Positions 34,496 through 48,822 of a stretch of 64,000 nucleotides of DNA are shown here, piece after piece. Both the position numbers and the translations under genes were made by a program. The stretch lies in assembly GCA_002104905.1 (NCBI GenBank), contig MCFE01000353.1:1-64000 (forward strand), written 5' to 3'. Each line of letters starts with the position of its first letter. The stretch's first letter is position 1. The notes beneath the pieces are model-generated. The model saw only the letters and a list, made by a program, of their open reading frames with translations, was not told the DNA's origin and ran no database searches. The stretch comes from Basidiobolus meristosporus CBS 931.73 (lineage: Eukaryota > Fungi > Basidiobolomycota).

Positions 34496-35327
34496 GTCTA
34501 CTCCCAATTTTCGTCTTCTAAATGTCTTTAATTAAAGAATACCTTGCCTTGTATTTCATCAATTATTTGTTCGGTGTCTTTCCTTTTCCCCACGACAAAT
34601 GCTATGGTGCAGCATTACACAATGGACAGACGATTGTTTCCTGCTTGGTATTCCATAGATAGGTCATAATTCCCGCTGCTGCGGGTTGCGACAACGCCGC
34701 CTCTGACATTGTATGACGTTGATGGCTCTGAGACCATCGGTGTTTGAGCATATTGCACCGCGTTCGGGATGGACAGCCGCTGGTCCGCGTAGATTATCGT
34801 AGATACCAGTGTGTTTCTGCTCAGAGCATGACAGAGCACCCCTGTTTTAAGGGACAACCGCCCTCCAAACTAGTTGCAAGGAAACATAGCAAGGCCATGC
34901 CATCTAGCGGCATCTTCACCTGGATGAATCCGTCAGTATGCCCTATCGATCCCTTCATAAAGCGGTACAATGCAGTTCGATATATTCGGATATCATGGCA
35001 TGCAGTGGATTAAAGGATGTGCGGCTTCTGTGTCAGGTATTTATTTATCATATTAACCCCTTTCTATTAGCCGTTAAGATGTGCAAGTCTATATTGCAGA
35101 TATGCACTCTATTACACTGTATGAAGTTTAGCGTATTTTGTATCTTCCGCTGCCCCTTATAGACACTGAAGCGTCATTGTGAAACCTTTATTCATCTTAT
35201 TCCAACATTCCACCTCGCGACTAGCAGTACTAGCGGTACAACTGACACTGAAAGGTAAGGTGACAACACGCCAGTTAGTAGCTGTTGGTCAATGTTAACT
35301 CGGGACCAAGTTTGATAGTGAATTTTC

Positions 35328-37983
35328 ATGTCGGGTAACAATGTTAAAGTCGTATGTCGATTTCGGCCACAGAACAAACTCGAGGAAAGAAACAACGGAC
35401 GAACGGTTGTCGATATCGATGATTCAGGAACCTCAGTTAAATTCGAAGTAACGCCTTTCCTTTTACAGTTTGATACACTAGTCACTAAGCCCCTCCCCTT
35501 CATTCAATCGAACTTGCATAGAGTAAGGAACATCGAGGGACTTTCAACTTTGATAGGTGCTATTCTCCAACCGCTTCTCAACAAGAGGTATTCGAGTATG
35601 GTATCATACAAACCGTGGAAGGTATTTGGCGAACTTCGTGTAGCCCATGGCATAACGGTGTATTGATGTTTCGGAATTAGATGTTATGTGTGGCTATAAC
35701 GGCACGGTGCTTGCATACGGCCAAACCGGTAGTGGTAAAACTCATACGATGATGGTAGCTTATCTGTATTGTCAACCGGAAAAGCATGACTCGTTTGGCT
35801 TATATGCAATTTGCTTGATAGGGGGATATGGAGAGTGCCGAATTCCAAGGCATTATACCTCGCATCGTGGAAACAATCTTTCAATCGATCCACGACTCCC
35901 CATATACCACCGAGTATACAGTCAAGGTATCCTGCATGGAGATATACATGGAGAGAATCCGTGACCTGCTAAACCGTCAGTATTTGTAGAGTGAACAACG
36001 ATCACGAGAGGTCACTAATCACTCTTGCTTACAGCCAAAAACGACAACCTGTCCATCCACGAGGATAAAAATCGAGGGATCTACGTGAAGGATCTATGTG
36101 AGGTGTACGTTAGCGATTTGCAAGAAGTTTACGAGGTTATGGACCGTGGAGCGAGTGCCCGTGCCGTATCCTCTACAAGTAAGGCCACGTGATTCGTTGG
36201 GCACTTAATGAAGCTCTACTTACTATTTTCCCTCACGAACCGCAGACATGAATGCTGAGAGCTCGCGTTCCCACTCCATCTTCATAATTGTGATCAGTCA
36301 AAAGAACCTGGTAGACGGGAGCGTAAAGACCGGAAAGCTGTACTTGGTTGACCTGGCTGGGTCCGAGAAAGTTGGCAAAACTGGCGCCTCTGGTCAAACC
36401 TTGGAGGAGGCCAAAAAGATCAACAAGTCGTTAACGACTCTTGGCATGGTCATCAATGCGCTCTCTGATGGCAAGGTATCGACCCTTATGAAAAGTACAA
36501 TCACTCTACTTTACTTATGATCCTAATGTCTACACCATGCCAGTCGACCCATATACCATATCGCGACAGTAAGCTTACTAGAATTCTGCAAGAATCCCTG
36601 GGTGGAAACTCTCGCACCACATTGATTATCAACTGCTCTCCCTCGTCCTACAATGATGCCGAAACCTTGAGCACACTTCGCTTCGGAGCAAGGTACAGAT
36701 ACTCATAGCTGATGCCCTGTTACCTCACGTTCATCTGGAAAACCATTACCTGCAGAGCAAAAACCATCAAGAACAAAGCCAAGGTTAACCAAGAGCTGAG
36801 CTCTGAGCAGCTGAAGGCGATGCTAAAACAATCCAAGGCTGAAGCACTCACCTTTAGACAATACACTGCCTTGTTGGAGGATGAACTAGTCGTCTGGCGC
36901 TCAGGTAGGCCCAAAAGGATTTAGCGTTTCTCATTGCACAACTAAGGAGTTGAATACTGTTCAGGCGGCTCTGTTCCCCAGGAGAAGTATGCTTCCATGG
37001 AAAAGGTTGCTGGAGCAAACAAAGGTCAATTCAAAAACATACAACATTCATATTCTGGCTCGCCGGTGCCTAGAGCCCCTCTGACTCCAGTTTCGTACGG
37101 AGTAAACTCTCGTACGATGTCCCCGGCTCAGCAACTCCAAGAAAACGAGTTGGCTGAGCAGCTCGCGGAAAAGGCAAGCCTAGCTATCGGTTTGACTCGA
37201 AGCATAATAAGCCATTTAACACGCTAAACCATAGGAACTGGAGCTCAATGAACAAACCAAATTAAATCTTGCCTTGAAGGAGCAATTCATTTCCTTGAAA
37301 AAACAGGCGATAAAACACGCTAAGGTTAGTGGGATTCGCTCTGCGATTGCGCATATATTAATGCTGATCCTTCGGAAACCAGGAGAACAAAGATATGATC
37401 ACCAAGATCACTGAGCTGCGAAATCAATTAGAGAAAAGCAAAAGTGAGAACCAAGTTGTTGTCATTGGCATGAACAACCTCAATGAGACCAACCAAAACC
37501 TGGTTGACGAACTAAAGGGATTGAAGGTAAGTCCTTCGTAGCCACGTGGTATATGGAGAGTACCATCTTAGAATGATGTTGGACCAGAAAACCATCACCC
37601 AGATTATACGCTCTTCCGAAGATACCAGAAATGGCGCCAGTAACGACAAAGAGAAGGTGGCCCAGATTATTGCTGAACTTTCAAATTCGGTGAGTAGCAT
37701 TGACGAGAATTGGAAATAGCGTTACTAATTCGATGCACAGATTGCTAGCGGAAGGCAGCAGGCTAGGAACGGCTCCACAGAGGCCAATAATGTGATCAAG
37801 GCTTCAAGACTTGACGGGCCCCAGGCCAAGCCGCTCGGAGGGCAATATGAACGAACCGTAAATGAACTGAAATACGAAGATAGCCTACACCCTCATAAAA
37901 AAGATGAGTCCGATTCCCAGTATTCGAAGCCCAACACTCATAGTAGAAACCCAATTGGTGTGATGTCGAAGCGCTCTATATGA
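35328..37983 (+). CDS. Kinesin-1-like (conventional kinesin) heavy chain; 3' end uncertain, may extend to ~38440
   Basis: [54 protein letters not shown], followed by coiled-coil exons. Confidence 0.88.
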
Positions 37984-39424
37984 TTACACCCCATCAATTC
38001 GCTTATACTTCTCTCTGTGTAGACAAATCCGTCGTTGAACAGAAAGCAGGTGGCAACCCATATGTTTCGAGAGTAGCCGACGAATTGGTATTGTTATTTG
38101 ATCTCTATAACATTGCACCAATGCTGACTTCTTTTTGAAGGGCAAGTCTCTAAAATCCAACTTCAAAGAGACCCAAATTCGTGATGGGAATAAGCAAGAC
38201 ACCCATGGAAGAAACGAAGGCATTCAAGGCTTCAACAGGTACATATTGCTTCGAGTTGCTGAATTGGCTTTCTATTATGCCACTTCGACCTGAACCATAT
38301 AAGAATGCTTGTGAAAGTACTAACCATTCCTTTGAACTCGCTCTTTTAGACGACCTTTGCCAGATACAAAAGCCTTGCAACCGGCTCCGAGCACAAGAAT
38401 GAAAGAGACATCAAAGCTCTGGCACAGTAATCGTTAGATTTACTGGTGAGCGCCCACATGTGAACACTGCAAAGATGGGATGAAAAGACCATTCTGCTTG
38501 AGAATCTGAGAAAACGATCATAAGCAATTTGGCCACTGCTAGTTTTTTGGTCAAGTATACCCAGATTAGCAACCCAAGCTCCAGTACAACGTACTCGATA
38601 TTGTCGACCCATAAGATTGAAAAACCGTAATCCTCTGATTGCCCTGCCGAGTCATGGTCTCGATGGTGCTAAAAGGTGCTTCTTCTGGTATGTTTGGTAG
38701 CACTCCGTGGACTGAAATGCTTGATACCAAAGAGGAAAACGCTAGCTAGGATAAACCCTCTTGAGCTATTAGTCTACTGGCTGGACTGGCTTCCCATATT
38801 TTACCAGAATATTTTCGAAATCCCCACCTCTGTAGATATGTACATAGAGTCTAGAAAATCAACCGTGGTGGCACTAAGCCTAATGCATTGTACTCAGTCT
38901 TTTAATTAATAGCTTTTGGATCGGCCTTGGTTATCTTGTAACGCACAGCCTTGTAATATTTGCTAACATAGACTTTATAACCACTAATACGTGCTCATAA
39001 AACGATCCAAGACCCGTCCTAAAAGCAATTTTTCCTTGTTCATCCACTGCACAGTGAAGAATTTTTGGTTTTAGATGAGTTCATAGCATGACACAATTCG
39101 TGATCGGGTAAATCGACTTTTCTAACGTGGATGAAGCAGATCATGGCCATTGGTGGGCCATGATATCACACATCATGACAAGCGCGTTAAACAAATTATA
39201 TTGTTTTGTATAACATCTATACACGCATGCTACGTATTGTTGGTGTTGAGAAATTTTTCATATTCCAATGAATTCGAGTGGATTCGAGCTGATTTTACCT
39301 TGGGAACCCCCGCTTAGAAATCAATCTTGACCAAGTTGGGGCTTTGCTTACTGCTACCTGTTAGTTCTTTGTTCTTCTCCCCCAAACAGGCATCAATATC
39401 CTCTCCCACGCATAGATACAAGCG

Positions 39425-40545
39425 ATGTCTGGCTCTGATCTTACTCAATACTGGAACCCTTTGCATTTGGTTCGACTTTTCAACGAGTACAAGGCTGGGC
39501 TTGGTCTCCCAAACCCTGGCTCTTACGAAGCGCTTCAACGTGAAGTTAAAAGTGAGCACAGCATCCCCAGATATGAAAATCCCAAGAAAACAGCCAAACT
39601 CACTTAATTTGCCTCTTTAGACACTTTCCTGACCAACCATGTCTTCGATGGTGCCAGAGCCGATTTGACCAAGGGTTTATCCCAGAACTTCCAAGTCACA
39701 CACTCCTTCTCTCTTGGCTCCATGATCATGCCTCCCTCCTACAGCTTTGGAACCGTTTTCGTTGGAGCTAAGGTATCTAGCGAGCCAAAAGTGATGTGAA
39801 TATTCAATTTTTCATTCTGAACATTCGTAGTCTTTCCTCCAAGGTACTATTGACACCGACGGCAACTTGCAAGCCCGAGTAAACTATGCCTGGTCTCAAA
39901 ACTTGGTTTCCAAGATCCAAAGCCAAGTAAGCGACGACCTGTTCGTGGACCCTTCCATGCCATCTAATATCTAACACCTTTATCAAGCTTTCAAACCAAC
40001 CTGGACACTCGATGCTTCAGCTCGAGACTGACTACAACGGCGATGATTTTAACCTGAACGTCAAGGCCGTCAACCCTTCTCCCGCCGAAGGCACCGGCAT
40101 CTTTGTTGGCAGCTACCTTCAATCGGTCACCAAACACTTGTCAGTTGGTCTCGAAGGCTTGCTTCAGAAGCCTACTCCTGACATTGAAGAGTCCGGCTTG
40201 GCTTATGTTGCCAGATACGCCAAGGACAATTACATTGCCACCGCACAGTTCCAGGGAATGGGCGTGATCCAAGCCTCCTACTACCAGAAGATCAATGAGA
40301 AGGTTGACTTCGGAACCGAACTCCAAATCATCTGCGCCCAAGGACGCCGTGAGGCTGTCTGCTCCGTCGGTGGCAAATTCGACTTCAGACAGGCCACCTT
40401 CCGTGGCCAGGTCGACACCACCGGCAAGGTTTCTGCTGTGCTTGAGGAGAAGATGGCCCCCGGGTTCTCCTTCCTCATCAGCGGTGAGATCGACCACATG
40501 AAGGGTGCTAGTAGATTTGGGGTTGGCATTATGTTGGAAGCATAA
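39425..40545 (+). CDS. TOM40: Mitochondrial outer membrane translocase pore subunit
   Basis: LGLPNPGSYE, QVTHSFSLG, YDFRQ-like GKFDFRQATFRG, C-terminal FGVGIMLE. Confidence 0.95.
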
Positions 40546-40866
40546 GTTGGCTCACTTCGGCACACACTCACAAAACCCCTAAATCTCATCTATTTCATCA
40601 TGGAACAACTCGCTTCATTCAAATATTTTAAGCATAAAAATCATTTCCTCCAGAATTCCAGTGATTCGTGGGCCCACTTGACCAGCCGTAGAGTGTGCAA
40701 TGGACTCGATGATTGGTGGCCAACACGATTGCATAGTGTGGGGTGGGGGCCGGGTCATGTGGCCATCTGGCGAGTGATGTGTAAAATTAAATTGGTACTC
40801 TTTATATATGTATATGTTGAAGAACCTCGACTAAGTGGAAACAGAAGTGACGGAGTGCTAAAGAGA

Positions 40867-42221
40867 TTATTTGTAGAACTCGAAATCAATGTCGGTTTTC
40901 TTGACGTTGGATTTGTAGCCCTTTTCGATATCCTTGCTGAGGATGACATAGCGATTCTTGCGGACGGCTTGCATACCAGCTTCTTGGCAGATGGCTGCGA
41001 TGTCAGCACCGCTGAGTTTATCGGGACGTGACACGACTGTTGAGGAAGGGTGAGGTTAGGTAATGGTGTGTCGAAGACAACTGCTTGGCCTACTTACAAT
41101 CTTCCAGATCCACCTCTTCAGATAGGTTCATCTTGCCGGTGATTGTGGAGAAAATCAACCGCTTTTGACGACGGTCGGGGGTAGGGAACTCGATCTTGCG
41201 GTCCAATCTTCCGGGACGCAGAAGGGCTGGATCCAAGGTGTCGGCACGGTTGGTGGCCATAATGACCTTGATGTTGGAGGATTGGTCGAACCCATCCATT
41301 TGGTTGAGTAGCTCAAGAAGAATACGTTGCACTTCACGATCGGCACCAGTCTGAGCATCGAAACGTTTGGTGGCGATGGCATCCACTTCGTCAATGAAGA
41401 TGATGGCGGGCGAATTCTCTCTTGCTAGACGGAAGACATCGCGCACCATACGTGGGCCTTCACCGAGATACTTCTGGACAAACTCTGAGCCAACCACACG
41501 AATGAAGGAGGCGGTTGTGTGGTTGGCAACGGCTTTGACAAGCATGGTTTTACCTGTACCTGGAGGGCCGTAGAGAAGCACACCGCGGGGAGGATCGATA
41601 CCGATCTGTCGATATAGGTCGAAGTGGGTCAAAGGCAACTCGACTGCCTCGCGGATTTCTTGCTTCTGAATATCCAAACCGCCGACATCGGAGTAAGAGA
41701 CATCCGGCTTCTCAGCAGCGCTAAGTAGAGCAATACTGCTATCGGCCTCGGGAGGCAAGACATCAACCAACGCATTGGAGTGTCTATGTAGGGCTACTGA
41801 GGAGCTAGGCTTGAGGAGCTCACGATCGATAGTGCTTAAGATGCGCACGACATAATTGGAGCCGGTGGTAGAGCCAACGATACCAGTGTGTTCATCAATA
41901 GGTTCCAAGAACTGGCCGATGACCAAAGGCACAGATTGGATTCTTTTTACTTCTTCCTGGGCTCGGATGAGCTCTCTCTTCAGATTCTTTTGTTCATCTT
42001 TGATGTATTCTTCCTGGATTTCCAAAAACTCTAAATGGCGCTGGAGCTTCTTGAGTTTGGTGTAGAGATCCTCGTCAGACAAGTTATCAAGAGCCTCGCT
42101 AGCGCTCAGGACAGCGGGTTCCTTGGGATTGGCAATGGACAGATTAGGCTTAGGGACGAAGCAGCAAGACAACAAAAAAACGAACCTGTGGTTTTTCGAG
42201 CACAATACCAATCTCTTCCAT
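40867..42221 (-). CDS. RPT3: 26S proteasome regulatory AAA-ATPase subunit 6B
   Basis: [40 protein letters not shown]-terminal FEFYK. Confidence 0.97.
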
Positions 42222-42635
42222 GTTCAGGGGCTTTTATGTATACAATAGAAGGTAAGAACGCAAGCAGGCACGTTCAAAAATGAGCTATCAGGGGAGGGGG
42301 AGCAACTGTAAGCAGTGCGAAAGTTTAGTTTGTGGGAGTGGTTCTGCGAAGGGCTTATAATCAGTTTGGCCTACAAATCATCGGAATTCGTACTGGATAC
42401 CTTTTTTCTTGATTACGTAGTCAAGGACGAAAGATTTGCTCACCACTCATTGATCTGCCACATATAATCGTGCCATCCTATGATTGTCGATGGTAAGCGG
42501 GCCCTGAGGTCGCAGCATAATCAAACCAATTTGAACAGAAACATGATCAATCCATTCAATAAATTCAATTTGCTTGGTCTAGTAAACACTCACAAGTTTT
42601 CCACCACTCAGTCTTGCTAGTGAATTCTCGCCAAG

Positions 42636-44396
42636 ATGACGGCCGTCGCGAAAACCACGAAGCGCACCACTCTGTACGTAGTGTTGGTCGGGGTAGTCCT
42701 GAGACTGGGTCTAGCGTTTTTCTTTCAGGATGCCATCAAAGACAATCTGACGACCAGAGTGGAAATAGCCACCCCTGTGACAAGTTACAAAAGATGTAAG
42801 CAATCCTGGGCGTCGTATTTCTTTTGGCCCAAACACTCAACGCTTCCATCGTAGTGACCGAAGGCTTGTATCTCGCGCAGAACGGGGTTGCCCCTTACGA
42901 TGGCGGGGTCTTCCATCAGGTCAGGAATAGCACGAAGAGTTGCTTTGACTCCAGTCTTACATACATATGCTTTCACTAGGCTCCGCTGTTGTTGGTGCTA
43001 TTCCAATTTGCCCGGAGGCTCCCTGAACTGTTTAGCTACCTTCTATACACCATAGTTGATGTTGTGATCGCTTTGGAGCTGCAAAAGATAAGCGCCGTGA
43101 AAGAGCTTCTCTATTTGAACAAAAGGAAACTGGAGGCCGAAGCAAAGGAGAATCCAAACGCTGTCGAGGAAAACTGGCTGATATCTGCCTTGTATCTTTT
43201 TTATTTGGCCAGCCGTGGGGAAGCGATCATTTCGACACGTTACATTGTCCTTGATTCTAACCACACTAGATACTTGTTCAACCCATATTCCGTTCTCACC
43301 TCGCTTGCAAGGTCCACCATAGTATTTACAAATCTTTGTGTCATCTTGGCCTTCAGCACCTCCTTAAGAGGTAAATTGCGTATCCATCTATGTGTGCATG
43401 GAATGTGCCCTTACCGACATCGGTCTTAGGTAATAAGTTCTGGTCCATGTTCTGGGTCGCTATGGCTGCCTATTTGAGCTTCTATCCCATTATGCTCGTC
43501 TTCCCAGTGGTCATGATTCTGGCGCAGGGTAGCGGGCGTTCATTGAAGGTACATGCGAGAATTCAGAACGAACGAAGAGTCTGTATTCTAACAAACGGCT
43601 AGGCCGTTGCTCTTTCCAGCGCACCACTCCTCGTGGTTTGTTTGGGTGCCCTTCTAGGAGTGTCGTATTTGTTGGTTGGGTCGTGGCAATTCATTCCTGC
43701 CACGTATGGTGTGATGTAAGAATGAACAGCCTTCGTCAACACTTGAATGTTCACTAACACACATACAGACTTTTTGTATCCGATCTTACTCCCAATATCG
43801 GACTGTTCTGGTACTTCTTCATTGAATTGTTTGAGCAGTTCCGCTCCTTCTTTCTGCTGGTCTTTCAGTTCCACGTGTTTGTGTTTGCACTTCCAGTGTG
43901 CATCCGATTCAGGTCGGTTCGGCGTAGCCACTACCCTCGCTGCTAGCATGCGTATTGACAACTTCAATGTTTTAGAGAGCACCCACTGTTCGCTGGCACA
44001 ATTCTATGCGGGATTATCGGAATCTTCAAGTCATATCCCTCCATTGGCGACGCCTCACTCTATCTGGGACTTCTTCCGGTCTACCATGAGCTATTCAAAT
44101 GTAAGTTTGAGTTAGAAAGTTTTCGTCGCGCCCAACTAACATCGAATCGCCATCTAGATATGCGATACAACTTCCTGGTTGCCAATCTGTTTCTGTACTC
44201 CAGTGCACTGGCACCCATCTTCTGGCACCTGTGGATCTACCAGGGTAGTGGAAACGCCAATTTCTTCTATGCCATCACGCTTGTTTATGGAGTGGGCCAA
44301 ATTATCCTGATCATCGATGTAACCTATGCGATGCTTAGGAGAGAATTCGACTTGGATCATCCCGAGCACCGGACCAAGCTGTTGTTACAAAAATAG
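42636..44396 (+). CDS. GAB1: GPI transamidase subunit PIG-U/Gab1
   Basis: RVEIATPVTSYKR, PYDGGVFHQ, PNIGLFWYFFIELFEQFRSFF, GSGNANFFY. Confidence 0.93.
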
Positions 44397-44759
44397 TTGG
44401 AAGGTTTGCTGGCATACGCTTGTATAGTTTGATTTTACTTGGACATGGGCAACAAATGTGTCATTTTTATTTCCCATCCTTCGCCGAACAATAAACCTAT
44501 CGATATTTGCACTTGGTGCACGACTGGATATTACAGACCCCATTTGCTCCACTTGATTTCTTCAGCGCTTTGTAGGTCCATGTTATCAAACGGCAAACAT
44601 CCTGGCAACAACTACCGCTCAAAATGAACAAACAAGCAGCAAGAGGCGTGCTAGCCATGATCCAAGCTGCCAACAGCAACAGTGATGCTTCAAATCAATA
44701 TTTAACAAGTCAATGCAAACAAAGGCTTTATTGTTATTTGCAATACAGGACCAGGATGC

Positions 44760-45298
44760 TTAGAAGACAAGAGCGGCACCCTAGACAAGCGGCATTGTTA
44801 GTTGGGCTGTATGGCATATCCACCCATGTTAGAAAACTCACCTTGGTCTTCTTGTCACCGCCAAGTTCGAAGTGCTTGCAACGCTTCAAGGAGAGTTGCA
44901 TCTTGTACTTGCAAGCGGTGCACTCCAAACGGAGAACGACCTTCTTGGTGGTCTTGGCCTTCTTGTGGAAGACAGGCTTGGTTTGACCACCATAACCGGA
45001 CTGCTTACGGTCGTAACGACGCTTACCTTGGGCGAAGAGAGAAGCCTTTCCGGTCTTGTATTGGGTGACCTTGTGGGGGGTGTGCTTACGGCAAGCCTTT
45101 CCCTTGCAGTAGGTGTTTCTGGTTTTGGGAATGTTGACCTGGCAAAAAAAGTACTTAATGAGCTGCACACCAACATCCGGGGGGTTACAAGCCATCAAAT
45201 ACACCCTCCCGACTAACGCCGAGTCGATGGAAGATATCTTTGGAATGGCAACAGGTGGTGAAGTGATGGATACATCAGAGAAGAAGATGGCTTACCAT
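44760..45298 (-). CDS. RPL42: 60S ribosomal protein eL42 (L36a/L44)
   Basis: M|[30 protein letters not shown]..|GAALVF*; Pro in GGQTKP is the cycloheximide-sensitive allele type. Confidence 0.97.
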
Positions 45299-45543
45299 TT
45301 CGAGACTACTACCACCGGAACGGTAATGGAGAGAGAAAGAGAGAAGAATTTCCCAGCGACAATAACTTTAATCGAGTTCACACCAACTTCACCAATCATT
45401 TGAATTCTTCCATTTGATTCAGACAATCCCTAAAAAAAAGTCCTCATCCGGTGGACACAAATTGGTGCGCAGACTGGTATTTATTTTGATATAATGTAAG
45501 TTGGATCGTATATTAACAATATTTCTGTGGGATTCCCTCGTCA

Positions 45544-46816
45544 CTATGGCATGAGCTCATCCACCGACTGCGGATCATTGTTTATTGTGTACCCCAAGGT
45601 CTCCAGGATTGCCAATACTCTAGGTCCGATTAGTCTAATGCCGCCATTCGAATCCACCCAGTGGGTTTCGCCAGGAATGTCGTCCATTTTGTGTCTCATC
45701 AGGAAATCCGCGGTCCCGGTGTAAGTGTCGAAATCTAGGTGACTGATGGAGGCGCCTGGGATGTAAGGTCGAAGGGAGCTCTCCAAAAACACGATGGTCC
45801 GATTTCTCGTGAAGAACGCCAACCCCCGGCGTTTGGTGGCAAGCTGCATGGCTCGTTTGGCGATGTCGAAATCCGCGGAACCACTGAATTTCTGCCCAAA
45901 ATCCTGCTCGTCGCTAAATTCTGTGCCGTGAGTTGACATGAATTTATTCAGCTCATCCGTCCACTTGGACAATGAGGCATTGGTGGCCGGATCAATCAGG
46001 TACCGGTCGAAGACATCCTCGTGGAAGCCATTAAATTGGAAATTGCCTTCGGGATTCTGATACTGCGGCAGTGGGGTCAGCCCGCGCGGACGGCTTTTCA
46101 CATATTCGCTCCATGACGAGGCCAAGCCTAACCCGTGAACAAACTCGTGAACAGCCACATGGAGGAAATTTGGTTGGCCAGGCTGGCCTCTATCATCGGT
46201 CCTTCTTGGGTACCAAAAAGAATTCCTGGAGTTGAAGGAGGCCTTGATGTCTACCGGCTGAAACTCTGGAAGTTGAAAGGAATGAAGCTGTTTTGCCAGC
46301 GATTGCGGATAGAATCGGGTTTTTCCATCATCATCGATCATGGGTACATATCTGGATGGACTTGCAAAGCCTATGAAGAGAATCGAAGTTAACGCTCACG
46401 GGCTGCAAACGATCCAAGACCATTCTGCTGGTACCTAGTCTTCTCCCGCTGCAGTAACGATATTCGGTGCAGAAGTCTACAAAATTCACATCTACTACGA
46501 CGGGCACCTTGAAGACAATCTCGTTTGCAATGATCCTTAGAGCGATGCGAATGGTTGATCGCACGGCTGCGCACACATTTGGGTTGGCATCACACCTAAA
46601 GGTACCTATCGTTAGAATGGACTCGTTCTGAAATGGCTCGGCTGAGATGTTTCGGATTGCACATGGTATCGCAATCCTGTGCAATCTTCTTGTGGGATCC
46701 GGAAGATCTAAGCAGATGGTGCCGTCTACGATCTGCTGGCTAACAACCTGTAAAGCAGGAAAGAGACATAAAACTAGTATCTGAACGATGGATTTCATGA
46801 CACTGGACAGTTTCAT
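45544..46816 (-). CDS. Secreted HEXXH zinc-metalloprotease-like protein, 2 exons
   Basis: Signal-peptide-like N-terminus; an intron joins the two ORF-track frames (GRRLG|FASPSRYVPMIDDDG); HEFVHGLG motif. Confidence 0.75.
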
Positions 46817-47812
46817 TGAGTATCCGCGGCGGCGATCATTCTTATACAAAGTGAACAAGGACAAGCATTACCTACAATTCGATACAAACTCTGCGATCGC
46901 ATTGTTACTAAGAAGCAGTCGAAACCCCAACAATGGGATATGCGCTTCCGACTATGATTCTTCCTCCGATCAGTATTCTCTCTTCACTTCGAGCCACTAC
47001 CATTAGCTCATACCCTGCAGCCGTCACCAAGAGCTTTGAAGGGGACAGGGTAGAGGCTATTTTCACGAGTGGACATCCGCAAAATTGGTGCCATAAAGCT
47101 CCGAAGGCCTACACGATCACTTTCTATTATTCTACATACATGATGTGAGGGATCTGCTTGTTGACAAAGCTCCTTGATATCATCAATCCGGGTGATGAAT
47201 AGGCTGGTGCATAATCCAGATGATTCCATCCACATCACGCGACTCTTACAAGATAGATGGCTTGCTGGATGTCACGGGCCAGCTGCTCGCTAGTATTTGA
47301 CTACATACCTCAGGGGCGTTGCTCCTACCAACTACAGCTTGAGTCAGGTGTGAAGAAATTGCCAGTATGCAGCGCCAGATCGGACCCGTACCTCCCATTA
47401 AGTAGCACTGGGCCATAGGCCACTGATCCTTACGATGCGTTGCCAATCCCATGAACGAACCAAGGGCTGATCGAAGGCACCTAGCCCCAACACGCTGCTT
47501 GATCCAGGCCGGTTTCCAACGTGCTGATGAAATGTCTACGATCATTTTCAGTGGGTGAGGCATGTCAACCATAACAAATTTCACTGTTCAGCATGTAGCA
47601 TAGCAACCAACATTGCCACTTGAATCATCAACACAAGTACATAAGGAGTGGCGGGGTCATGCGCCTCTACAACCATGTTCTCATCCCTATTGGTGTTGTG
47701 TTGTCAGCCTATATTTGCGTATGCATGGATAGAGCAACTCGATTTCCATTCAAATGCTTAAATAGGATTTCTATGGAAAGTTTGGGGGGGTTGACCAACT
47801 TGTAGACAGCCT

Positions 47813-48250
47813 ATGAGGTCATTGTTCGTATTCGTGTTTGTATTCGTCTATTCCGCCTTGATGGTTGTAGCCCAAGGCCCACCTTTGGATGCTCTGCCTC
47901 AAGCTTCTGCTCCTGCACCAGATACAACATCAGTAGCGCCAAGCCCAACCGCTACGAGCGAAGCAGCGTTTGCATACAGCTCCAGAGATTTCGAGGTCGT
48001 TGACTGGGTTCTGATAAGTGGTGGAGGGATCCTCCTAATAATCCTCACCTACACCGCCTGGAAATTTGCATGGCTTGGGGTCTACCAGCGCAAGGGATCC
48101 CTTTCAGAGACCGAAGCTGCAACCGGACCAGGAAAACCCAGACCAGCACTTACGACCTATTCCCTCCCAGTGTCCGTGATCCATGCGATGAACGGAATCA
48201 CGGGGACACAGAAGATCTCTACCGGGAATGTCTTCAACCATGCTGGCTGA
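47813..48250 (+). CDS. Small type I membrane protein (signal peptide, P/S/T-rich ectodomain, TM)
   Basis: Hydrophobic N-terminus, APAPDTTSVAPSPTAT, TM WVLISGGGILLIILTYTAW, basic stop-transfer residues. Confidence 0.65.
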   Translation: MRSLFVFVFVFVYSALMVVAQGPPLDALPQASAPAPDTTSVAPSPTATSEAAFAYSSRDFEVVDWVLISGGGILLIILTYTAWKFAWLGVYQRKGSLSETEAATGPGKPRPALTTYSLPVSVIHAMNGITGTQKISTGNVFNHAG

Positions 48251-48822
48251 TCAGAGCGGGGTTTTAAGCAAGTTCTTAAACAGCAATCGATTGCTGATGC
48301 GACTTTCCCTGGTTGCCACAGGCTGTCTACCTGAAGATTCGTAGATTCCATGCGTTGAGATCCCTATCATTAGTAATCCACATCTGGCATATGATTTGCC
48401 AACTGTATGCGCCATACAGTTTGAAACATCCTTCGCCATTCTCACACAAACACAAGCTTACTGTGATTCCCAAATAAAATCCGTAGATGGCACATCCCAT
48501 CGAAGTCTGATTTGTCCCGCAGTGGGATTTGAGTTTCATGGATCGGGACACTCTACGTTAGCGGATTCGTATTCAGAACATTTCCAAATCAGTCTCTCGA
48601 TTTGACGTTTTTGTGATCTCCAGCTTGCCAGAAATGGGTGCGTCCGAGTATCCTAGGGCCCGAATTCGTTGGTGGCCAACATGTATCCAAGATCGATGGT
48701 GATGATCACTTCAACGTGTACCCGCACGATCAATTCGTTGAGGACTGGATATGCCGGGAGAGTCTCCGCATCCTCTCCTTATCCATCCTCTCTCTGCCCA
48801 TCTCTGTTGCTTCTAGCGAACT

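Noticed and set aside
42222-42635. Rpn4/PACE element in the RPT3-GAB1 divergent promoter
   Set aside because: No GGTGGCAAA match seen on either strand.
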